DNA from: Cycas panzhihuaensis
Lineage: Eukaryota > Plantae > Cycadophyta
DNA: 64,000 nucleotides
Assembly: GCA_023213395.1 (NCBI GenBank)
Contig: CM041465.1
Span: forward strand, 47,127,741-47,191,740
Direction: 5' to 3'
The position numbers and the translations under genes were made by a program. How positions within the stretch are numbered: position 1 is the stretch's first letter; each line of letters begins with the position of its first letter. Below are positions 1 to 13,510 of this stretch, in pieces. The notes under the pieces are model-generated. The model was given only the letters and a program-made list of their open reading frames with translations, was not told where the DNA came from and did not search any database.

Positions 1-3000
1 ATATATTGCTTACGATTGATTTATGATCATGTAATAGATGAAAATTTTATGATTGATATTATATTATGGACTTATGTGACATATTTATGTGTAACTAACC
101 TATATGTTGACAACAAACCCTGGTCTAGATGACCAGAAGTGACCTTTAACAAGTGCAACTTTCATAAGGTGAAAGTGGAAATCAAGAGAGCTAACTACAA
201 TGAACCTAGGTTTGCTTGAAGTACTAAATTTATATCATTCATAAGATCTCTATTAGGATGAATAATAAGCATTTATGTTATTAACAATTTATCGAGGTTT
301 GGAGTGAGGGGATGCTAACAACCTTTTATTATCTACTCTGTGTGGATTGGTGGTCAAATCAGTGGTTAGTCAAATGTTAGTAAACTTTAATTCAGAATGG
401 TTCTAAATGGTGGGAATTTATGCTATTCTAACTAGAAATAAGAGAGAGAAAAATTCTAGTGAAGTCTATTAATGCCTAGAAAGTGGTAAGTGGGGCTAGT
501 AAAAGTACAACCAACAAAAGGGTACATCATAAGAGAGCATTAAGCACCTTCAAAATAAAATAGTTCTAATATGAGTAAAAAGGTAAAATAAAGAAATTAA
601 GAATAAATATAGGAATTATAATAGCATAGATGAAACATATCAATTAAATAATTATGTCTTGATCATAATGTCTGATGGTTGGTGTAGGTTTGATGGTATG
701 TCATTAGAAATCTTTTCTCAAGAAATTTTCATCAAGCAGTCTATAATGGCCTATAGCCTTCTAAACGATATAATGTATAGTAGTATTCATGGTTGAAAGA
801 AACTAGTGATGGTTAGTTACCACCAAGGTGGATGTATAAATGGTGTCTTATGTGGAATAGGTTTTATTTTATTAATCTAAGGAAATACTTATAGTTAAGA
901 TAAAATCCTAAAAGAAAATAATAAAACTCACTATATAATAAACACTATTCCAATGAGCGATAACAAAATATTTGTTTATTTACAGAGAACAAACAACATG
1001 TCTTTCGTGAGAGTCTCCAGGTTCTTTTATTACATCAATTTATTTTGTATGTTATTCTAAAATAAATCAATTAAATTCTTTCTATTCTTTCTTTTGTAAT
1101 AATCAATTAAATAAAATACAAGAAATAAATCAAACAAGAATAATGACTCTTATTTAATTTGTTGTTTGAGAGATGCTTCTATTTAATGATGAGTGAATGT
1201 GAGTGCTGCTTCCTTATACATTCTTCTTCTTTTTATAAAATAACATTAGAGAAAAACTACCAAGACAACCATTATATATTAGAGAGAATCTAAATTTCAA
1301 ATAAATTTTTATTTAAAAGAGAGTCTAAATGGGTCTTATAATAAATAGAGAAATATGTGAATTATGTGAATAGGACATCATGATAATTCTCCCAAAGTGA
1401 GGTTTAATAAGAAAAGAAAATCAAACAAGTGAGAGAATAAATCAATGTCAGAGCATTCAATTAGAAATAAGGAATAGAAATAAGAGTGAAAATAAAGTAA
1501 AAGGTGCACAAAACATACATACTATTGAAACAAAATAGTACTGCAACATATTAGACAAAGAGATGTAGTAATGTTGCATATGTTTAGTACAAATTATGTG
1601 GTAATACAATAGAAATACTAAAGTAGAAACACAACATAATATATTTGATAGTGCAAGTTCAATGAAGAGAGATATGACAATATTATACAAACAACAAATA
1701 AATATACAGTATGTGAGAAATGGTATCACAGAAAACACCCATGATAGATATAGTACAAATATCAAAACATTAAAGAGATATGTAATACAATAGTAGAAAC
1801 ACACAGTATTGTAGAAAAATCACATAAACAATGAAACAATGAGTCAAGTTCTAAAATCACAATTATAATGGATAGGGCATGTACTAATTCTTAGTCCAAC
1901 AACAAAATTAGATGAGAAATCAGACTAAGAGTGCCTTGTTTGAGTGGAAGCGAATAAGGGATGAGGGTTATATTAGGGTTTTAAACCCAGAGGAGGCTTA
2001 AGATTTAAGCAAACCTAAAGAATCAGTTTTCATAATGAGTCAATTTAGAAAATTGATATTTTAATTTGATATAGAAGTTAGTTTTTGAAAGAGATATACT
2101 ATTTTTTAGGAATTAATTATGAAGTCAAGCTCAAAAAGTAGGAAATAGGATTATGGGAAAAGATAGAAATATAAAAAGGACATAACTTCCTTATACAATT
2201 CTCATTTTCAGACCATGGATACTGGATTCCGATCTACTTGAAGAGATCTATGTAATGGGATATATGAGAGAAGTAATTATATTTAAAAACAAAGTAAAAA
2301 ATGTAAAAGAAGACAATTATAAGTTAAAAAAGATAAAAGAGACAACATTATAATAGAAGCAAAGATATCTATTATGTATGATGATTCAACTTTATTATAA
2401 CTCCATAATATATAGGAGATGTTAGTGGAGATATCATCATTATAAAAAATATAATATGGATAAGTAAAACAAATAAATACTCAATTAAATGTAGTATAAG
2501 GCAAGCATCAAGTAAATGCAGGTAATCAAATGTAGCGTAAGACAACTGATAAATAATGAATATATGTCTAAGAATATCTAATGAGAAAGATAATAAAATC
2601 ATGCATAAAATTCATAAACTTTGTATAGAGGGATAAAAATCAAGAAAACAATTTGCCTCCTTAGTAATAAAGCTTGATGTAGCTCATGCGATAGAGAATG
2701 AACATTAACAACATCATATCCTGCATCTATACATACAACCATGCCAATATTCTATGATAAGATTTTATGTGAGTGTGTAATATACTAAATATTGAATCCA
2801 AAATATGTGGTTTTATAATTTTGTGATTAAATAATGAAATGATCATTAAAATGTCTACTATTTTGGAGATTAAATGAGAGTGGCAAAGTTATGAATAATC
2901 TTATACAAAATATAAGAGCACCAATGTGATCTCAAATAATCTAAGTAGGAGTAGGAAGACCAAGATTTCTTTAGTCTTCTCCTATATGTGTAAATGAATA

Positions 3001-3182
3001 ATATCATAATAAATGAAGATAACAATCCAAGACTTAAGTTAGAAATAATAATATGATGGATATGGGAGTATACGAGAAGTAGACGGTAAGGAAAACCTAG
3101 GGTATGACATCTAAGAATGATAGTTTTAGTATCTCACTCCATGTAGCTATAATATCTCTATTTTGTACATCAATCTAGCCTA

Positions 3183-6146
3183 TGTCTCCTGCCTACCTAG
3201 AATGGATTTGGAGTTCATGGCACAAGTAAGTACAGGTATGTATTTTATCTTGGATTTTTATTGCATTCTCTATAATCACTACCATATATGATGCTTGTTT
3301 GGTTACCTAGATGCATCATTGCTTTATTTACTTGGATTATTTGTAACTATTTATTGCCTATTATGCCTAGGACTCTGAGCCAATGGCATCTTTGAGCCTC
3401 TATAGTGGTTTCCTAGCTGACAATATGCCCCACCCATGCTTTGGCACCATAATTTCTATTGTTTTCATTGAGTTTTGACTTAATTTTGTGTGTTTATTGT
3501 ACTTTCTCCCCATCTATCAACCACCTAGATGGCTTAAGGTCAGTTTGCAAGGGTCTAGAGAGGAGTTCCTAACCCCTAGTATTAAGCTCCCTCTTAATTT
3601 TCATTAATTTTAATTAATTCTAATAACCAATCTCTACCCTGCATTGATTTCTATCTGGCCCAATCTAATTTCTGTGCCCCGTAGATATCTTCGTAGTGTG
3701 ACTATTACAAACCAAAATATGGCCAACAATGTCTAACACATTTTTTACCTTAATACCAACTTAAATCAAGGCCTAATGGTCAAAGGAATGGGTTCAAACA
3801 CAAAAACCCCATGTTCTTTTGATAATTCATCATTCTACAAGCAATCTCATGATTACATCTTCATACTTCTTGAATAGAATAGAAAAAACTCACTTTGGAG
3901 GAAGAAACACACAATAAAAACATAAATTTTAGGTAGCATACTCTTCAAGTTAGCCTCTATAATTTATAATATTCTTCTTCCTCCTTCCTTACTCAAAGAT
4001 CTTCCACAAGGAGCCTTTAAAAGTATTGCAAAGGGCCTCCATCAATAGGTTTTTCTTGCAAACATCAAGTTCACTCATAGAAAATGGGTAAAATCCAACC
4101 ATCCTTTGATTTTAAGTGAAAATTCCTATTAGTTATCTTTTCTTTCTTGCTTTTAACTTGTATCTAACTAGAATTTAGCTTAAGGAAGATATATTGCATG
4201 CCCTTAATCACATCTCTCCATTTGCAACTCTTGGGAGAATCATTCTCCATGAACTAGAAACTCCCCACCATCAACTTAGGGTATTGAGGAAGGGAATGAG
4301 TGGTACATCTACTGGTTAAGGGAGTTAAGAGAAGGGAAAAGAGGTTCAAGTTCTGGGTTTTACACCCCCTTGTCATTGGGTAATCCCCTCTAAACACCAC
4401 AAGGTGCTCTATTTCATTATGCATGCATATCCTTCCATAATACAAAACCTTACAACCATACCAATTGAAAAGCAAACCATTGCTTACCCTTGAGACTCCA
4501 TATCTTACCATAGTATCTTATTCCTCCCTAAGGATCATAGCCAAAGATTTCTAAATTGGGCACCTTTCTTTTCACATTAGGAAGACCATGCTTGTTAGGG
4601 GGCCATGCTATTCTAAGGCACCCTCCTCTTCATTCCCTTATTCTCACTTCTGTTTTACACGTTTTACATGCTTAGATTTTGAGGAGAAGAGAAGTAACAC
4701 TTAATTTATTTCTTTTTAATAAAGAGAGGTAACAAGCATATTGTAAAATATTCATACAAATGCATATTGCATATTATTGCTTGCGAGGAGGGTCTTGCTT
4801 TATTCTAGAAGGTAGAAGACCCATTCCCACTTGCTAGCGAAGGGGGCACAAGGAGAGCATTATCACAAGGTAACATTAGCTTGTGATTTAGCATTACATC
4901 TATTGGTATGCATTTTTCTCTTTCCTCTTTTATTTTTCTGTTATTATGAAACATTTATTTTGAGTTTGGGGAAGGTAAGGAAGCCCCACTTGTCTCCAAC
5001 AACTCTTATAGCATGGAAGGAGATTACGTCATTGGCAAGGGAAGATCTAGGAAGGAGCTAAGTCAAGGTTGCCTTCAAGCATCACTAACCAAGCGCACTC
5101 CTTCCAAACCTATTCTCTCCCTACTTGCTCTCTTTCAAACTCATCTTTTGGTTATTAGCACTTGTATATACATATGCACAAGAGTGAAGGACTCGTTTTT
5201 GCATAACATATTCTTTTGCATTCATAGGAAAGGATAGACACCTTAGAAAAATGAAATATATATATTTATACTCTCTCCCTTCCTTTTCATAAAAAAGAGT
5301 ATAGTAGGAAAGGATCCTTTCCCTCATTTACATATATACATTGCATATAGAAATAAGATAAAACTCTAGTTTAAAAGAGTGTTTTTTCTCTCTTGCATGA
5401 AAGAGGAAATATATTAAAAGAAAAAACATTACATAGGTGCTAATAATACCCTTCTCTCTTCTCTACCTTGCATCTTCTTCAAATACAAAGTTGACTATTT
5501 CATTTGTTAGAGTGAATAGCTTAAAGATTTCTTTGGTCAAATTAAAGGAGAGTGAGTTTGAGAGTGAAATATTATGATTAATATGCATTGTTAAACAACT
5601 ATTTTATTTTGCATACAATATAACTATAACTTGCATTTCGCACAAAATATCATACTTTACAACAAGACAACATGCAAACATTCAAATAAGCAAAACCATC
5701 ACATTTTTCACAAGACATGCATCAAAGGAAAACCTACCTTTCCTTTCAAACCCTAAAGGCAACCCCTTTAGGCCATAAGGAAACAATGTAAGACTTATTA
5801 TCCTATATTTATTCCCTACCCATTACCATACTCCCCTTTCCCAAAGGGGAGTTCCCATGTCATTCCTTCCTAATGAGGATAGGAGAACCTTGTCTAGGCT
5901 ACTTGGTAACCTGAGGACATTAATTCCTTCACCACCTAAACATATCACTTAATTATCCCAAACCAAAACCTTCTAAGGTAGATAGGGGAGCACATATGTT
6001 ATGGGTCCATCAAACCTACACTCAAACATATAGATGCCCTTTAAGGGCAAGCTAAACCTCCATTACACCTCTAGGTTCCTACTCTTTGACACTAGTATTA
6101 ACTAGAGTGTAGTAATTCCCAATGATCCCTTAGAGGTGTGCTTCCA
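3183..6146 (+). repeat. 5' LTR of element A (~2.96 kb)
   Basis: Starts TGTCTCCTGCC, ends GGTGTGCTTCCA. Colinear with 14039-16626; ORFs 4254..4511 and 15146..15403 are homologous copies. Confidence 0.93.
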
Positions 6147-6147
6147 C

Positions 6148-6165
6148 TAGTGACCATACTGGGGA
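6148..6165 (+). other. Degenerate primer-binding site of element A
   Basis: TAGTGACCATACTGGGGA lies 1 nt after the LTR CA. It reads as TGGCGAC...CTGGGGA after C>T/G>A decay, resembling the tRNA-Arg-type PBS of Ogre/Tat elements (tRNA identity inferred). Confidence 0.65.
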
Positions 6166-7559
6166 TCTGCCAATAAGGAAATCTTAGCATCCCTTTGATT
6201 TCCTAGAATTATACCCTATTTTTAAAAGCTAATTTTTGTACTTTTATAGTTCCTTAGGTAGACATGAATATGATGCTTATCTTGTCATCTATGTGGCCTT
6301 CCTCCTACATAAGAGAAGCCCCTTTATTCCTATATTACTATATCTAGACCAGGATCGCCAATGGAAGGCTATTTATTGAATTGGGCATACCACTCCTATG
6401 CCTCAAATTCTCATCCACAAATATCATATCTTCTCTAAGATCTTGCCCAAGAGGGCGAGGATCCCATTTACTACCCAGGTGATCAAACACATCTAGATTT
6501 TCAACCTTACACTACACATGATATTGGGGGGCCCTTCCCTATATACCACTCTCATTTTGATGAGAAAGTTCATGATGATTATCCTTTGAGTTTCGCTCAA
6601 CATGATGAACCTTCCACCTCATGCAAGCAAGATGGAACTCCTCTCTGAGATATGGTAGAGTCATTGAGGCAATGCTTTTAAGTTACAAGCACCTAATCGC
6701 TTTTGAAGTGGTTAGAGTACTTCCTTTAGAGTACCACCTTGCCTCCATTCCACCCACATCATTCAAATCTATATCCTCTTTGACAACAAGACCTATGCAT
6801 GTAGTCCCTCTATCCGTAGGCATTCCCTTGACCCAAGGGATGCTCCAAGGTATGCTAATCACCTGAATTGGGTTAAGCATACCTCCCCCTACCCAATCAA
6901 CTATGCTGTAATCAATTATGGCTTATGCCTCTTTAATTCAACCTTGAGTGCCTTCACACTCCCATCCTTTGGTTTATTAAGGATCCATCCCTATGCACCC
7001 TCATCTACAAACCATGGACCCTTCGCTCTACGTACCCTAAGATACACATCCCAACCTTGGGGGACGCATGGCCAGACCCTCTTCTAACCTATGGGGTTGA
7101 CCCACTCCATCCCTATGGGGTTACACCCCCCTATAGGTAGACCTTATGGGAAAAACCATGTCTCTTACCTTGCACCATCTACTACATGTATAACTTCATA
7201 TATGGTCCTTTTATAAGGGCAATTTGTTCCCCATCCTATCTCTTACCCTTATCAACAACTTCTCAGGGTGCATATCCACATGCTTTTACTATGCATATGA
7301 TGCACCCCCATGGTGGGGTGAGACCCTCTCACCCATCTTCTTATGTGGCATACCCCTAAATAGGGGCAACCCCTTCTCACTAAATAGGTGGGAACCCTTA
7401 TGCCTCTTATACTCAACCTTCTTATCCCTGATATAATGGGAGCGGGTACCTATACCTATCCCCCTCTACTTCTCAAGTTGATCAATTAGCTCAATCTGGG
7501 ATCCATCCCTTCATTGACTATTGATCAAATCCCCTCTCTGTTAAGGCTCTTAAGACTAA

Positions 7560-8515
7560 CCTATTACCTCATCTCCCCAAAGTGTAGAAGTTTGATGGCA
7601 CTTCATCATAGGATACTATTGAGCATGTTAGAGACTTCACCATGGCATGCATCGATTACTAGGCCTATGATCATATTTTAGTGAAATTATTCCTAAGATC
7701 ATTACAGGGAGACACACTCAAATGGTTTTATCGCCTCTTCGCTCACTCCATCTTTACCTTCTAGTAGCTAGTTGATGAATTTGTCAATTATTTTAATGTA
7801 TCCCAACCCTTCAATAGTGGGGTCAAGGCTCTCTTGTCATTGAAACAAGGTCACAATGAACTAAATCATGACTTTATGAGATGTTTCCATGACTCCCTTC
7901 ATTCCTCCAAGGCTACTTTTCCTAAGGAACCAAAGCAAGACATTTTTATTAATGCCCTTTGCCATGACGTCCACATGAAAGTCCTTAAAATAGGGGCAAC
8001 AACATATGACTCTACCATAGCCAAGTGCTTGGCATTAGAGGTTATTGAGATCTAGGATAGTCTCAAGAAGCCTCCTAGATAGTCACAACATCATGAGGTA
8101 GCCCCTCCCCTGCATGACCAAAAGGGTTATCAACAACCTCTAAGGCCCTCTACCAGTACAACTAATAGAACTTTAGATCCCCTAACCTCAACCATTGGTT
8201 CTTTCAAATGTATAATCAAAGAACTAAAGCTTCAACCTTCTCAATCCTCTTCCAAGTTACATAGACCTATTCACCAAACCTCTCAGACCATGCCACCTAA
8301 AGGTGGGAATGCCTAGACTTCTCAAGGCAGGAAGGTAAGAACTCCTTCCAAGAAGAAATAATGTTCTATACATAGGGAGTGCCTCCATGAGGACTCACAA
8401 TGCTGGTCACAACATCCTTAGCTTGCACCACATTATGATGCCTCTTCCAAGAGGTATTCTAAGCCCAATCTAGATCAACTTATTCATAGGGATCCTTTCT
8501 TAAACCATGGGGAAT
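7560..8515 (+). pseudogene. gag: gag remnant of element A
   Basis: Translates PKV*KFDG...EHVRDF...LVKLFLRSLQGDTLKWF...LVDEFVNYF (retrotransposon gag core) and continues into ORF 7834..8055. Cys/His knuckle CSIHRECLHEDSQC near 8362-8403. Confidence 0.85.
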
Positions 8516-9512
8516 GAGACTAATCCACTTAGAATAGAAGGGCAAGGAATAGAGGATGATCTCCTAACCTACTAAAATGACCCTAAATTACTGTTTGATT
8601 ACAACACTAGATGCCCTCACTGGGGTATGGTGAGCATTTGAGCTTTATGTTGACCCTGCTTGTTACTAGGATAACTATGTCCTTTTCTAAAGGTAGTGTA
8701 TCTTCCTTCAATGAGTAAATCCCTTTCCTCAGTTCATGATGTAGTGTTGGGTGTGTCATCGTAGGGAAACATTCCCACTCTTATGTTTGGTCTCTTCATC
8801 GATCTAGGGCTACGAGCTAAATCGAGTGTCATCGAGGGGTAACTTTACTTGCATTTGAATGTAAGCTGCCACCTAGGAGAGGGAAGTTATTAAAAGGGGT
8901 TTGTTTTAGTAGGACTCTTAGGGTATTTATGCCCATTCTATCCATTTCCTACCTAGATTGTTATCTTCCTTCTGAGGGTGCATAATCCTCTTATCCACAT
9001 GTTGTACAAGGTCACCTAATCTACTTGGTGATTGTGTGTACCCTGCGTATACTTTGAGCCATAAAAAAATATATGCAAGTAATATAATATAATAAAAACC
9101 CATACATCTACATCACCTACATCATACATTCATGTGTTCATATATCTATAACAACCAAATAAGTTAATAACTCATACTAAAATGGGAGGCACCAATTTGG
9201 TCCTTCATCTTTATATACATAATCATCAAATAATAGTATAAATGTATTAGCACAATGTACCCTAGGAAGCCATAGTCCTTATAAGAGGATGTACAATCAT
9301 CTACATGTATCGTATAAAACCCTTTAGAGATTTGAAGCTTTCCTCTAATCAAAATATATTTATCATATAAAATATACTATACGATATGTTATGGTTATGG
9401 GGCATTACCCTTTGGCTGCCCTACTCCCTAGTCTGAGGACCATGCTTCCCCAAGGATCCTCTTGGGTCATCTCGAGGTCCTAGCCTTTCTCCCCTCATCT
9501 TGTGCATGACCC

Positions 9513-11430
9513 TCATACCTCAACCTCTTGTGGGATGGTGTCATTGTAGGTATGCAAAATAACTAAGATACCATTTGGTCTGTGAGCATTTCGTATTACG
9601 TCTAGAGCCAATCTTGCTCCCCTCATAGCTTGGTCAATCACCCCTAGCCATCCTAAAGCTGTGACTCTAAGACTGCGACCTTTACCTCTATACTCATAGC
9701 TACCTAGACTATTCTCTCTCCTACTTGGGTCTCTAGCTCTTACACCTGAGCCTGCAGCTAGTCCCTCTCCACCTGAAGCTAGTCTCTCTCTATCCATAAG
9801 TGGTCCTCCCTCATCTGCCTCTCTTAGGCTTTTGCATCCCATATGTTACGGACACAGATGATAGGGGTAAATATGATAGTATGAGGTTGTGCCAAGCTTA
9901 GTTCCCCACTATCTATAATAGGAGGCCGACCCTCCTTATATACCCATGGGAACAACTCTATAATGGCTCTATTGATCAATTCCCTAGTAATAGCTCCACC
10001 TGCCAGCCATGTAAATCTATGAGTCAATGTGGAATGTATGAATAAAAATCTATAATGATAATTAATAACATCACAAATCTATTGATCAAATAACTATAAA
10101 TCAAAGGTGTAGTTAAAAAGGGAAGGACTCACCTCTTAGAGCAGCTAGTCCCTCTCCAGCTAATATCTCCTTTGCTCCAGGATCTCTGCCATGGTGTAGT
10201 TATAACTACCTCTCCTGTAGTAGCCAGCATTGCATCTAGCTCTAGACTGGTAGGTGCCTCACCCTCACTAACATCCTTGCCCAGCTCTGTTATCGGGTCC
10301 CCTACACCCTCTCCCTCCTCTTCATCACTATCCTAATGCACAATGCAATATAGTCAACTCATGAAGTTGTCAATCGTAAGTAGGTCTAGTGATATGGTAA
10401 CAACTAATCTGCTCACCTACTCTGGCTCTTCTACACTCCTAAATTATGATGGCCACTAATGGATAAGAAGACTGTTGGTTGATATCAACTGAGGCCCTAT
10501 CACTAATCCCACTTCCTGGAAGTGATAAAAAAACTAGTACTATAGTAGCAAGTAGTAGGAGAGTCCACCCTGTCTAGTAGCCTGAATGTGGTTGAGCTAG
10601 GCAGTGAGGTTGGCCACTATTAAGGTGGCCTAATCAAATATCTATCCTGCCTTACACCTCTTGACATTCTCCATTCATCTTGTAGGCATATCTCTATAGT
10701 TCTATTTTTATGAGATCTAGAATAGAATAACAAAAACAATCATCTTCCTCACTTGAGGAATATCTGCTAACGCAATCATCCTAAGGGATAATCCTCTTCT
10801 ATTCTAGCAACCCCTGCCATAGAAGAATTGAGCTACCTCTTTGTGTACCACATTAGTGTTAGGAAAAGTCCCTAGCATGGTAGGTGTACCGCTAATAGGA
10901 ACTCCCATAATCCTCCTCACATCCATCGGGATCATCATGACGTCTCCTAATTGAGAGAGATGGAAAATGTGCTAATGATGATACTAATGTGACACTATAT
11001 CTATTAGTAAGGCCTAGTATGCGTATTATCATGAGCTGATGATTTGTAGTAGCCTATAATACCTTAGTATCTCCAAGTTTGGGGCCTCCATAAGTTCCAT
11101 GAAGCCTAACATCAGCAACCTAACATTTTCACAGTTATCCACCCATCAACTCCATGAAGCCTAACATCAATAACTTGATGTTTTCATAGTTATCCACCAC
11201 TATAATAGCCTAAAAAATCATCCATGATACCATTAGTTAGTTGTTTATCACCCTATAGATTAAAAAGTATCTTCAATGAAACCAAAGACATCAAAATTAG
11301 AGTAAGATAGGATTTTTTATTAATTTTTCTAATATTTGTCTCTACCTCACATATTTATTCATCACACCATGAATAAATTTGTAGGCCTCATAGATTATTC
11401 TAACATCTCGTAGAAATATCTATAGTACCA
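9513..11430 (-). pseudogene. Antisense, multi-exon plant mobile domain (PMD / aminotransferase-like) pseudogene inside element A
   Basis: Minus frame gives ALLIDIVSH*YHH*HIFHLSQLGDVMMIPMDVRRIMGVPISG (~11013-10888), then D*ATLIVANLTA*L and GGLSYYLLL*Y*FFYHF (~10636-10520). These match the three PMD blocks W..xHTFHLP.GEMTITLEDV..LGLPI.G, DW...LA.L and GG...LLQ.W..HF. AT-rich GT..AG introns at 11345-11253, 10416-10333 and 10132-10017. Outer limits approximate. Confidence 0.75.
11096..11198. repeat. Two-copy tandem duplication, period 55 bp
   Basis: TCCATGAAGCCTAACATCA...AGTTATCCACC begins at 11096 and again at 11151. Confidence 0.85.
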
Positions 11431-12364
11431 TAATCTATGGTACCACAAAATTCAATCTATGCTACCAAAACATTTTCCTAAAAACTAAAAAATTAAATAC
11501 TGAAATAAAAAAAATGGACACATCCTTAGTCCATTGGGACCAAGGCCTCCTATAGCCTTAGTCTAGCCTTTCTTGAGCTCCTAATTAGGTTCTATTTGGC
11601 CTATTACTCTCTAAATGGCCACAATCCAACTCCTAAAAATGCAAAATAAAAAGATACAAATAAAAAACTTAGAGTTAAGATCCACATATTAGATCTAGTC
11701 TGACGACTACCATCAATCCTATGACATAAACAACTCCTCATATGTCTCAAACAGTTGGATCTCTCTTAATGGGGTCTTCAACAATTAGTAGCATGGGGGT
11801 AACAAATGGGTTCTTTTCCTAATCTCATGGGTGAACATAAAAATGAATCTATTTTTCTTCACCCGTCCCCTTGTTATTCACCAAGCTCCTTAAGGCTCTA
11901 TTGTCTTTTCTTGTTTTGATCAAGTCATATGGACTATCTCCTTGATCTCATCCTTATTTCCTTGAGGGTCTTGACCCTTCCTAGTCTCTAAATGTTATTT
12001 TTCCTTAGCTTTATGAGCATTAATGATGCCCTTTTGATCTTCACTGAGAGCATTTTTTTCCCTTAGATTTTGCCTATTCAAAACCCTAACTATGTTTATA
12101 CTCCATGAACTCATTTTGACAAGCTAACTCCATTTTTCATAGTCATTTTGACTTGTTTTTCTCTAAGTAGGATCTGGTCCCCTGGTTGAGTCCTCTGTTG
12201 GCCCCAAACCAACCTTAAACTCTAGTCAATGAGTCCATCATCTCTATTACCTTCTTCCCTTCCATAGGGTAGACCCTCCATGAGCCTAGTCACCTAGTTA
12301 TACGTCTCTCCTATCCTCTCATAAAGTGGGCATTTGCATGATTATGATTCTTGGGACTCATTAT

Positions 12365-12967
12365 TGCTGAGAAGATAAGTTCCCAACCCTTAAACTGCTA
12401 CCAAGATCTAAACTATTCTTGCAACTAGTTACAGGAATGGAAACTAAAATTTAACATGCAAGTTCTTAAACTAGATATAAAATAATAAAATGAATAAGAA
12501 AGCCAAGCATCACATGTACACCCAGTATAACATGGTAAAACCCTAGCAATGTACTAAGGAAACATCCACACAAGAAAGGTATTGATCTTTATTATTATAG
12601 AATGAAGAAAATATACATAATCCTATAGTAGAGTGCTCACAGCAACAACAACCAGCCACCCAACTCCTCATAGTACATTGAATACAATTAACATAATGAA
12701 AAAAGCCCTAAATCGGGCTACATGAAAGGGTCATCCAAGGCATAAATCTTGACTGTAGAATCTAGGGTATTTTAAGAGAAAGACCTTGATTCTCTTTACA
12801 ATTTAATATACTTTCTAGTGCTAATTTTTTGGGTTGGGGGCTATCGCCCCTGAACCCCCTCTTTGCGGGGGGTGTTCCATACCCTCGCAGCCCCCTAGTC
12901 AAGGGGGGATCCCGCCCCCCTTGGAACCCCTTGAGGAAGGTTTGGGGGGGAAACCGTGCTGCCAACA
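12365..12967 (-). mobile_element. Probable solo LTR nested in element A
   Basis: Minus strand begins TGTTGGCAGC at 12967. Contains a CATGGTAAAACCC...CCACAC motif like those in the LTRs at 40498 and 42431. Left end and TSD not resolved. Confidence 0.5.
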
Positions 12968-13119
12968 TGTCAAAATTTTAGCCTCCAACCATTGTTGTTA
13001 CATTACTCAACAATCATCATTTATATAACTTCTCTTCTTTAGTGTCCTTTCCTTGAAAAAGGATGTCTCTCCTCCTTTTCCTTGAGGTTCTAGCTATTAT
13101 TTTAGTCATTGCTCTACTC

Positions 13120-13510
13120 ATCTATATTGATGGTGGTAGTCATGATAATTTAGGGCCTTTTACCATAGCTTAGATCATCCATGATCCCTCTAGGGCATGA
13201 TTTTATACATTATAGGATCTATTTACCTGAGGCCATGAACAACGAAGTAGAGTATACAACTGTTATTAAGTCCATAACTAATGCACTTTGCTTCCATCAT
13301 GGTCCCATCATTCTACACTATGACTTTCAAATTGTAGTATCCTAATTAATGCAAACCTATTGGGTCCTTTGTCCTGTACTAAGAACTCTCACCACAACTA
13401 CTAGGTCTTTGTTATATTGCTTCTTCTTGGTTGACATTTGATATATTCCTCATAGTCTGAATGCTAAGACTAATAGCCTAGTTAGCTTTATCCTCAAGTG
13501 TTGCCTCTAA
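13120..13510 (+). pseudogene. RNase H remnant of the additional ('archaeal-type', aRH) kind in element A
   Basis: IYIDGGSHDNLGP ... MNNEVEY ... DFQIVVS*L ... YIPHSLNAKTNSLVS matches the (F)DGAS.GNPG / TNN.AEY / DS.LVV.Q / HIPR..N..AD.LA motif series. Confidence 0.75.

Noticed and set aside
1457-1804. Hydrophobic 115-aa ORF as a membrane or env-like protein
   Set aside because: Antisense reading of A-rich low-complexity sequence; no motif support.
1-3109. Possible LTR ending GGGTATGACA at 3109
   Set aside because: Typical terminal word, but no partner LTR, PBS, PPT or TSD in the window.
4254-5237. ORFs duplicated at 15146-16098 as paralogous genes
   Set aside because: They are chance ORFs within the two LTRs of element A.
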